Source of the DNA: Macrostomum lignano
Lineage: Eukaryota
Direction of reading: 5' to 3'
NCBI GenBank assembly: GCA_002269645.1
Contig: NIVC01000124.1
Span: 186,001 to 250,000 of the forward strand
DNA: 64,000 nt
Shown: positions 1-9,972 of the stretch, one piece after another
Layout of the letters: every line of letters starts with the position of its first letter
How positions within the stretch are numbered: the first letter of the stretch is position 1
Position numbers and translations under genes: made by a program
The notes under the pieces: model-generated
Told to the model about the DNA's origin: nothing
Database searches by the model: none
Seen by the model: only the letters and a program-made list of their open reading frames with translations

Positions 1-680
1 ACAGACACTCACTTTAGCGCCGCAGACACTCATTTTAGCGCCGCAGGCACTCATTTTAGCGCCGCAGGCACTCATTTTAGCGCCACAGGCACTCATTTTA
101 GCGCCGCAGGAACTCATTTTAGCGCCGCAGGAACTTATTTTAGCGCCACAGACACTCACTTTAGCGCCGCAGGCACTCATTTTGGCGCCACAGGCACTCA
201 TTTAGGCGCCACAGGCACTCATTTTAGCGCCGCAGGCACTCATTTTGGCGCCGCAGACACTCATTTTGGCGCCGCAGGCACTCATTTTGGCGCCGCAGGC
301 ACTCATTTTGGCGCTGCAGGCACTTATTTTGGCGCTGTAGGAACTGTAGGAACTCATTTTGGCGCCACAGGCACTCATTTTGGCGCCGTAGGCACCTATT
401 TTGGCGCCGCAGGCACTCATTTTGGCGCCATAGACACTCATTTTGGCGCCGCCGTAGGCACTCATTTTGGCGCCGTAGGCACCTATTTTGGCGCCGCAGG
501 CACTCATTTTGGCGCCATAGACACTCATTTTGGCGCCGCCGTAGGCACTCATTTTGGCGCTGTAGGAACTGTAGGAACTTATTTTAGCGCCGCAGGCACT
601 CATTTTGGCGCCACAGGCACTCATTTTGGCGCCACAGGCACTCATTTTGGCGCCGCAGGCACTCATTTTGGCGCCACATC
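1..680. repeat. 21-bp minisatellite (GGCACTCATTTTGGCGCCGCA)n, cut by window start
   Basis: Tandem units seen directly; explains the spurious ORF 202..723. Confidence 0.97.
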
Positions 681-826
681 CACTATGTGTTTGTCCCCCT
701 GAAGCAAAATTATTGATTTCCATAACGGGTCACAAAGATGGGATGGGGGGAACAAAGCATTGGCATGTCCCCCCATAGCTTTTACTGGGGGGACATGTTC
801 TCCCCCCCCGGGGTGGCTGTCGCCAG
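681..826. mobile_element. End of a minisatellite-bearing non-autonomous element
   Basis: 699-775 (CTGAAGCAAAATT..CATAACGGGTCAC..ACAAAGCATTGGCATG) matches 8632-8703; both copies follow a related 21-bp array and end in a GTGGC..CGCC-type motif. Confidence 0.6.
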
Positions 827-1260
827 TTAAAAACATAGTTATTGAGCTTTATTCTTCAGATCTAATGAAACTAAACTGTCACGTGTGAAAATCCGAGTTT
901 TTCAACGAGGTTTAAGTTAATATTATAAGTTACTCGCCCACTGCTCAATCAGTACACGACAGTGCGCACACTGCATGCTTATGACTTGATTGATTGATAT
1001 CAATTGAATATCTTGAATATTGACAAGGATATACAAGACTCCTTGGTAACAGGGACTTGGTTCCTATCCTAACAGCCATTGTGCAGTCGTGTCTTTTGTG
1101 CCTCGTGTCGCTGGCGGCTATTGAAATGCTAATGTCTGTGCCTAGATAAAAGTCAGTAACCATTTTTTTCTGTAAAAATGTCATCAACTATGCTGAGAAG
1201 CAGTATAGACAAGCTATTGACATTTTGAGCATTAGGAAACTGACATGGATTGACTCTCAT

Positions 1261-2460
1261 TCTCATTTCGACGCCATCGCTCTCATTTTGGCGCCATCGC
1301 TCTCATTTTGGCGCCATCGCTCTCATTTAGGGCACATCGCTTTCATTCAGGGCGCCATCGCTTTCATTTAGGGCGCCATCGCTCTCATTTAGGGCGCCAT
1401 CGCTTTCATTTAGGGCGCCATCGCTTTCATTTAGGCGCCATCGCTCTCGTTTAGGGCGCCATCGCTTTTATTTTGGCGCCATCGCTTTCATTTAGGCGCC
1501 ATCGCTCTCATTTTGGCGCCATCGCTCTCATTTAGGCGCCATCGCTCTCATTTAGGGCGCCATCGCTCTCATTTAGGGCGCCATCGCTTTCATTCAGGGC
1601 ACATCGCTCTCATTTAGGGCGCCATCGCTCTCATTTAGGGCGCCATCGCTTTCATTTAGGGCGCCATCGCTCTCATTTAGGGCGCCATCGCTCTCATTTA
1701 GGGCGCCATCGCTCTCATTTAGGGCGCCATCGCTCTCATTTAGGGCGCCATCGCTTTCATTCAGGGCACATCGCTCTCATTTAGCGCGCCATCGCTCTCA
1801 TTTTGGCGCCATCGCTCTCATTTAGGGCACATCGCTTTCATTTAGGGCGCCATCGCTCTCATTTAGGGCGCTATCGCTTTCATTCAGGGCACATCGCTCT
1901 CATTTAGGGCGCCATCGCTCTCATTTAGGGCGCCATCGCTTTCATTTAGGGCGCCATCGCTCTCATTTAGGGTGCCATCGCTCTCATTTAGGGCGCCATC
2001 GCTTTCATTCAGGGCACATCGCTCTCATTTAGGGCGCCATCGCTCTCATTTAGGGCGCCATCGCTCTCATTTAGGGCGCCATCGCTCTCATTCAGGGCAC
2101 ATCGCTCTCATTTAGCGCGCCATCACTCTCATTTTGGCGCCATCGCTCTCATTTAGGGCATATCGCTTTCATTTAGGGCGCCATCGCTCTCATTTAGGGC
2201 GCTATCGCTTTCATTCAGGGCACATCGCTCTCATTTGGGGCGCCATCGCTCTCATTTAGGACGCCATCGCTTTCATTTAGGGCGCCATCGCTCTCATTTA
2301 GGGTGCCATCGCTCTCATTTAGGGCGCCATCGCTCTCATTTAGGGCGCCATCGCTTTCATTCAGGGCACATCGCTCTCATTTAGGGCGCCATCGCTTTCA
2401 TTTAGGGCGCCATCGCTTTCATTTAGGGCGCCATCGCTCTCATTTAGGGCACCATCGCTT
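1261..2460. repeat. 21-bp minisatellite (ATCGCTCTCATTTAGGGCGCC)n
   Basis: About 55 tandem units visible. Confidence 0.97.
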
Positions 2461-2499
2461 TTACTTTGACGCAATCTGTCTCTCTCTAGTTTCCTTGAT

Positions 2500-2645
2500 T
2501 TTAGCGCCGTATCTCATAGATTTTAGCGCCATATTTATAAGATTTGAGCACCATATTTATTAGATTTTAGCGCCATATCTATTAGATTTTAGCGCCATAT
2601 CTATCTGATTTTAGCGCCATATCTATCTGATTTTAGCGCCATATC
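2500..2645. repeat. Short 22-bp array (GATTTTAGCGCCATATCTATCT)n
   Basis: GATTTT recurs at 2585, 2607 and 2629. Confidence 0.85.
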
Positions 2646-3369
2646 TAAAGACATGTAAGCATAGAAATTCACTGATAATTTGTACAGCTCAATGCATTAC
2701 ACAGTGAGGTGGGCCTGCATGAGTTCTACAGAAATCAGGCAGCTTCTATACACAGTCGTATAAATTATAACACGCAACTGTCCACTTTATTACAATAATT
2801 GAATTTGCAGTATCCGGCAGCCCCTATGAATATTTGGGCTATGCCTGCTGGCCCCATATTCCTCAGGACATCTGCTTTGCAGTTTTCAGCTTCTTTTAAT
2901 ATTTTTCCCTTAACTCCTTCGTAACTTGAGTCTGCGTGTTGTTGCACAGCCTTCTGACTTCTTCCCCGGCTTTTTTTTCCTTGATCATTTTTTGCTTGTC
3001 AGCTGGCTTCCTTCCGCTGCTCCGGTATTGAGGCTTTGAAATTTCTTCTTTTAGGAGAGCGTCGGCTTTAAAAAATAAGAGGATATATGCTGCTATGGCT
3101 CATAGCTGCTTCTAGCCTGCTCAAGGCATGCCGGGTGGTTTCTTGTCGCGGTTCCGCTGTCAAACAACTATGGGACTTCCGTTTTTCCTACCTGAGCTAC
3201 CTGCCTACCTGCGTATGGCTTTTTATTGCGACCGCCATCGACTGTTTCTGTTGAAGTGTGGAGCTCCTGCTTTAAAAGATAGCTGCATGTATAAGTGTGC
3301 TTTGATAGAATCAAGGAATGCTTGGGTAGAGTATTTGGAGTTGGAAATTTATTGCAGTTCATTAGCTTA

Positions 3370-4255
3370 TGATTTCACATCTTGGTTCTTGCGCACTTTG
3401 GTTCTTGCGCGCTTTGTTACTTGCGCGATTTGATACTTACGCGCTAGTATCTTGCGCGTTTGGTTACTAACGCGATTTGTTACTTGCGCGCAATGGTTCT
3501 TGCGGGTCTGGTTACCTGCAGGCTTTGGTTCTTGCGCGCTTTGTTACTTGAGCGCTTTGGTTCTTGCGCGCTTGTTACTTGCGCGCTTTGTTACTTGCGC
3601 GCTTTGTTACTTGAGCGCTTTGGTTCTTGCGCGCTTTGTTAATTGCACGCTTTGTTACTTGCGCGTTTTGTTACTTGAGCGCTTTGGTTCTTGTGCGCTT
3701 TGTTATACTTGCGCGCTTTGTTACTTGCGCGCTTTGGTCCTTGTGCGCTTTGTTATACTTGCGCGCTTTGTTACTTGCGCGCTTTGTTTCTTGCGCGCTT
3801 GTTACTTGCGCGCTTTGTTTCTTGCGCGCTTGTTACTTGCGCGCCTTGGTTCTTGCGCGCTTTGGTTCTTGCGCGCTGCTTTGTTACTTGCGCGCTTTGT
3901 TACTTGCGCGCTTTGTTACTTGCGCGCTTTGTTACTTGCGCGCTTTGTTACTTGCGCGCTTTGTTTCTTGCGCGCTTGTTACTTGCGCGCCTTGGTTCTT
4001 GCGCGCTTTGGTTCTTGCGCGCTGCTTTGTTACTTGCGCGCTTTGTTACTTGCGCGCTTTGTTACTTACGCGCTTTGATACTTGCGCGCTGCTATGATTC
4101 TTGCGCGATGCTTTGGTTCTTGCGGGTCTAGTTACCTGCACGCTTTGTTACTTGCGCGCTTTGGTTTTTGCGCGCTTTGTTACTTGCGCGCTGCTTTGAT
4201 TCTTGCGCGCTGCTTTGGTTCTTGCGCGCCTCTTTGCGCGCGATTGTTACTTACT
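3370..4255. repeat. 16-bp two-variant minisatellite (TTGTTACTTGCGCGCT / TTGGTTCTTGCGCGCT)
   Basis: Tandem units seen directly; explains overlapping ORFs 3452-4345. Confidence 0.95.
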
Positions 4256-4974
4256 TGTTTTTGGCAATTGTTTAGCCAATTTGGATTTGCAATCCAGACA
4301 ACCAATTCTAGAACCCCCCCCCCCGGCTTGACAATCGCTTATTGATGGAGTGGAGAAGGATATGAATAAGCGCTGATTGTATGCCACCTTCATTCAATTT
4401 TTTTAAAGCTTCTTGTCCACAAGGCCGCTCAGATTTTATAGCCCATTGTAATCGCAGCTACACGCCAGAGTAATCCGATGATTCAGAGCCCAGAAGGCAG
4501 ACAACTTCTTCAAATAAAAGCCAAGCAGCGGGGAAAAAGTCTGAGGAGCATGTTCCCCAACTCTTGTCAATCTCTTCCTCACGTCCGATCCCCTCCCCCG
4601 CTTTCCCCTTTCATCCCATCTCAGGATTTCTCTCTTAGGGCCAAGTCATGCGATAATAATCTGTGGAATTGAAATAGCTTGTATATGTATTCTATAGGGG
4701 CCTGGCTTCATTCACTCTCCCGCACACCTCCGGCTGACTGACTGACTGACTGACTGATTACTTGATAAGCGATAGATTCATTTGGACCCCATAAGATACC
4801 TATTTAAAATATAAGTCTAGCACCGATTGTACCGCGGTACACACTGCTGAATGCAGTGCAGAAGATCTAATTTTCAATTGTCTATGGCCGCAACATTGCC
4901 TTTGTCAAGCTAATTTAGAGAGCCGACAACCAAAGAATAATAGTAGCATGCAAATTCAATCCAGCCTCTCCATC

Positions 4975-5125
4975 TTTTTGAAGCTTCACAATAGCAATCT
5001 GGCTCGCTCAAGGTTTGGGTGTCTCTTCAACTTTCCTCTCTCTTCTCTCTGTTTCATTTCTCAATCTCATCTCTTTCCATTTTTCCTCTCTTTTCTCTCT
5101 TCTCTCTCCTCTATTCTCTGCAGAG
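4975..5125 (+). mobile_element. Fragment of a dispersed TC-rich element, homologous to 34780-34865 (reverse strand)
   Basis: AAGCTTCACAATAGCAATCTGGCTCGCTCAAGGTT vs reverse complement AAACTTCACAAAAGCAATCTGGCCCGCTCGAAGTT; each is followed by a TC-rich tract. Confidence 0.6.
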
Positions 5126-5564
5126 ACAGGTTGGGCCATAGACAACTGAAAAACGTGACTGAGAAACAATCAAGCCTTTAAGAATTATAATTGCTTTATT
5201 CATAGTCACAGAGTTTTATCAAAGACAGCCTGTGTAATTCAAGAATCGAGTGAACTTTGGACTTTGGAATGAACAACAAAAGTCTGTGTTTAATTATCTC
5301 TTGTTAGACTTGTAGCCCGACTAACTAAAGTCTGTATAGTAATTGCTTCAATTTTAAGTCTCCACTGTCTGTAGCAAAAATAGCTCAAAAAACTTAAAAC
5401 CTCTTAGTCTGCACCGCTTTATTGGCACAATTGATTTCCATCTTGTTGATTGACATCTTTTCTTAACTGACAGTTCGAAAAACAAACAATATTTACTGAT
5501 GTAGATGCAAGTTTAAAAGTTTTTTTTTAAATACGCATGTGACTCATCGTCACATTTCTTTATC

Positions 5565-6320
5565 CGCCCCATCGCAGTGTCGATCAGAGGGGTGTTATCC
5601 GCCCCATCACAGTGTAATTCAGAGGTTATCCGCCCCCATCACAGTGTAATTCAGAGGTTATCCGCCCCATCACAGTGTAACTCAGAGGTTATCTGCCCCC
5701 ATCACAGTGTAGATCAGAGGTTATCCGCCCCATCACAGTGTAATTCAGAGGTTATCCGCCCCATCACAGGTTAATTCAGAGGTTATCCGCCCCCATCACA
5801 GTGTAATTCAGAGGTTATCCGCCCCCATCACAGGTTAATTCAGAGGTTATCCGCCCCCATCACAGTGTAGATCAGAGGTTATCCGCCCCCATCACAGTGT
5901 AGATCAGAGGTTATCCGCCCCCATCACAGTGCAGATCAGTGGTTATCCGCCCCCATCACAGTGTAGATCAGAGGTTATCCGCCCCCATCACAGTGCAGAT
6001 CAGTGGTTATCCGCCCACATCACAGTGCAGATCAGTGGTTATCCGCCCCCATCACAGTGTTAATCTGGGGTTATCCGCCCCCATCACAGTGCCAATCTGG
6101 GGTTATCCGCCCCCATCACAGTGCAGATCAGTGGTTATCCGCCCCCCATCACAGTGCAGATCAGTGGTTATCCGCCCCCATCACAGTGCAGCTTAAAGGT
6201 TATCCGCCCCCATCACAGTGTCAATCTGGGGTTATCCGCCTCCATCACAGTGCAGCTCAAAGGTTATCCACCCCCATCACAGTGTCAATCTGGGGTTATC
6301 CGCCCCCATCACAGTGAAAT
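5565..6320. repeat. ~31-32-bp minisatellite (TTATCCGCCCCCATCACAGTGTAATTCAGAGG)n
   Basis: Tandem units with a polarised gradient of variants. Confidence 0.95.
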
Positions 6321-6834
6321 TCAGAGGTTAGATAATCAACTTTCCTTAAATGACTGCTAGGTCTACATAATTGGCATTTAGTCTATTCAACAACTGCTAA
6401 CAAGCAAATGCACAGGTACAGTATAGTGTGGCCCCAACTTGTAATCAATACTCAATGCTTTGGACTGCATAAAAAAATTAGGCACAAATAGATGAGTCTA
6501 GTGAAGCGGAAACAGATCGAGGAGGACTGATAGAAGCTGCAGGACTGCAGGTATGCAAGTTCGTGACCTAAACTATCGTTTGCTTGAAAACACGGCGACT
6601 GGACCATTTGAGCAACGCAACGATATAGGCTATGCAATCCGAGGGTTTTTTCCAAGCTCAGGTTACATCCGGGTTGATTAAGATTGGAAATGATCTGAGC
6701 CCATGGTATGCCTGACTTGTGAGAGATCAACTTATGAATTATGATTATCAATATTCTTCCTGTCGACTTGTGATTAAGCTAAGCATGATTGCTATGCATT
6801 TTTTCTGAGAAGGATCTCATGCTGTGTAGCTGTG

Positions 6835-7500
6835 ACCCCCGAGGACCTAACGGTGCCCCATTGTAGGACCTGAGGGTGACCCACTAAAGGACCCGAAGGG
6901 GACCAGCTAAAGGACCCGAAGGGGACCCACTAAAGGACCCGAGGGTGACCCACTAAAGGACCCGAATGGGTGGGACCCACTAAAGGACCCGAAGGGGACC
7001 CACTAAAGGACCCGAATGGGACCCACTAAAGGACCCGAATGGGACCCACTAAAGGACCCGAAGGGGACCCACTAAAGGACCCGAAGGGGACCCACTAAAG
7101 GACCCGAATGGGACCCACTAAAGGACCCGAAGTGGACTCACTAAAGGACCCGCAGGGGACCCCTAAAGGGACCCACTAAAGGACCCGACGGTGATCCACT
7201 AAAGGACCCGAAGGGGACCCACCAAAGGACCCGAAGGGGACCCACTAAAGGACCCGAAGGGAACCCACTAAAGGACCCGAAGGGGACCCACTAAAGGACC
7301 CGAAGGGGACCAACCAAAGGACCCAAAGGGGACCCACTAAAGGACCCGAAGGGGACCAACCAAAGGACCCGAAGGGGACCCACTAAAGGACCCGATGGGG
7401 ACCCACTAAAGGACCCGAGGGTGACCCACTAAAGTACCCGAGGGTGATCTACTAAGGGTCCTGAGGATGACCCAGTGAATGACCCGAGAATGACCCACTG
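6835..7500. repeat. 23-bp minisatellite (GGGGACCCACTAAAGGACCCGAA)n
   Basis: Period 23 (7021 to 7044); degenerate edges. Confidence 0.95.
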
Positions 7501-8224
7501 AAATATTAGCAAAACTTTTTGAGCCTCAAAATATTGATTATACTTCAACATGACTGCTCACCAACAGAGCTGAGCCGAGAGAAAAGTCATCAAGTGAATG
7601 CAGAATATTGAGAGCAAGGATTGAAAAACCGTGTGTGAAGATAAGAGAGAAAGAGAGAGAGAGAGAGAGAAAAGACGGAAGGCGGAAGAGTGAAAGAATT
7701 CTGTCAACATCATATTGCTGCTGGATGGATGGATGGGGTGCTGGGGGGAGCTTGCTCCCAACGGACCCACCAATATCAGTCGCTCGATTGCAGCGCTCCT
7801 ACAGGCAACCAAATTTTATACACTGCAAGAGTGTGTGTATGCTCAATTCCAACTTTGGCTCTGACCCACCCCCAGCCAAACTCTCGTCTACATGCATACT
7901 TATATATAGCTATATAGCGAGCTGATAGCAATTGCGGTCATCACTTGCCACCCCCAGAGCGACACCCCCACTCACGCATCTCCCCCCCCCCGGAGGCACA
8001 CACTGCAGATTGCAGATTGGATTCTCTGCGCGCCACTTCTTCATACTCTTCAATAACCCCCTCTGCCTACTAGCTGCAGCTTGCGGATCTCGAGCAATGG
8101 AGACAGACAAACATCCTTCAGAATATTTTGTAGACTCTATTGAGTATGGGTCTCCGCTCCTTTATAGCTATGTACAATACATTATTTTCAGAATCCGTGT
8201 TGTCAGCGCTTATTTGCATTGCAG

Positions 8225-8595
8225 TACAACTTTTTTGCTCAGCAGGCACTCTTTTTTGCTCAGCAGGCACTCTTTTTTGCTCAGCAGGCACTCTTTTTTG
8301 CTCAGCAGGCACTCTTTTTTGCTCAGCAGGCACTCTTTTTTGCTCAGCAGGCACTCTTTTTTGCTCAGCAGCTAGGCACTCTTTTTTGCTCAGCAGGCAC
8401 TCTTTTTTGCTCAGCAGGCACTCTTTTTTGCTCAGCAGCTAGGCACTCTTTTTTGCACAGCAGGCACTCTCTTTTGCTCAGCAGGCACTCTTTTTTGCTC
8501 AGCAGGCACTCTTTTTTGCTCAGCAGGCACTCTTTTTTGCTCAGCAGGCTCTCTTTTTTTGCTCAGCAGGCACTCTTTTTTGCTCAGCAGGCACT
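8225..8595. repeat. 21-bp minisatellite (GGCACTCTTTTTTGCTCAGCA)n
   Basis: Unit is 17/21 identical to the 1-680 unit. Confidence 0.95.
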
Positions 8596-8733
8596 AATCT
8601 TAGCGCGGCCTGCAAGCTATATTTTGTCGTCCTGAAGCAAAATTGTTGATTTACATAACGGGTCACCTTTAAGGTTGGGTTGAGGGACAAAGCATTGGCA
8701 TGCTCCCCTGTCCCCCCGGTGGCGACGCCCCTG
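8596..8733. mobile_element. Right end of the minisatellite-bearing element, ending GTGGCGACGCCCCTG
   Basis: Homologous to 681-826; the end reads CAGGGGCGTCGCCAC on the minus strand, like a TIR of a non-autonomous DNA element. Left end not found. Confidence 0.6.
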
Positions 8734-9300
8734 TCACACAGTGTAAGCAATTGCAATTGTTATACTTCTAATATAGTAATAGAAGTAGCTATAGCAATTA
8801 TTATTACTATTCGATAACGTAAACGATTCGAGGCACATGGTATACGAAGGGTAAGGCCACGACGTTAAATAGCAAAAGTTAAAAGAATGACGCCTCTTAA
8901 TTGACGGCCATTGGTGCTGGCGCCAGCTAAAATAAATTGGTGCCTCTACTGCTGTACATATACATGAATGGCAGTACATATGTAAAACGAAAAAGACACC
9001 CGAAATTCGTATAGCTGACTGTAACAATACATGCATATGTAGTGTGCAAGGCTAAGGGATGATAAAAATATATGTAATATAAAAACCATCAATTATGCAA
9101 TTAATAGTAGTTGAGCTGGGCCTTTCATTTTTGTGATTTTTAGGTACAGGGAATGTACGCAGAATAAAAATTTAGCATAGAATCTTAATTTTGTCAGCGA
9201 GAAAGCTCTGTGAATATCAATTAGAGCTAATTAATAAGAAAGGCACGTGAACAACATATCAAAAAGATGAACATTCTGAGTCTGCATCCAATCGAAAGCA

Positions 9301-9414
9301 TTATAACAATTTTTGTGCTGATAAAATGGAATAGTCTCCGTAATGTATTGTTTTGAAAACCTGCCTGCAAATTTTCCAAGAAACGTAGTTTTTCGTCCAT
9401 CTATTTGAGTAGTC
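9301..9414 (-). repeat. Dispersed repeat fragment homologous to 33983-34073
   Basis: Reverse complement GACTACTCAAATAGATGGACG..CGTTTCTTGGAAAA..CAGCACAAAAATTGTTAT matches GACTACTCAAGTAGAAGGACG..CGTTTCTTGGAAAA..CAGCACAAAAACTGTTAT. Confidence 0.7.
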
Positions 9415-9972
9415 GAATCCTTGGCATTGTACGTATGTATATTGTGTACTACAGCCTTGTACAGTTTGGTAGGTGGAAGATTTTTCTACGGAATAATATA
9501 CTACCACAGATTGCTAGACGACTTTAATGCTAATTAAAAATCTTAAAGATATCTAGCTAGCGTTCCTGTTCACTTTATCGAAATACGAATGCTAAGAGTA
9601 GCGCAGATTATCCAACAAACGAAACGAAAGAGCAAATTTAGTTATTAAAAAACAGCTGTTTATTAGTCAAATACTTTATAGAAAATATGCCTTATTGCAA
9701 AGAAATTTTAAACTGTCCGTCAGCTCAAACATTTTGTTTTACTTTATAAAATTTAAAATACATATACATTTATTTGCCCAAACGCTTCCCACCAAATCAA
9801 TTTAGTTTTCTACGTTACCGTTGTTCCTCAGTATGTAGTTGTGCTGCGCTCTAGGGGTCAATAATTTCGGTGCATATTGTTGCCTGTAGTTATGCAGCGT
9901 AATGAAAATATTTGTTATCTGCAAATGTAAACATTACATTTGACATAGTTTGCTAAAGCATAACTGTAATTT

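Noticed and set aside
2700-3362. Possible decayed coding sequence on the minus strand (ORFs 2765..2947, 3168..3362)
   Set aside because: Multiple stops, no recognisable motif and no consistent splice structure; needs tBLASTx.
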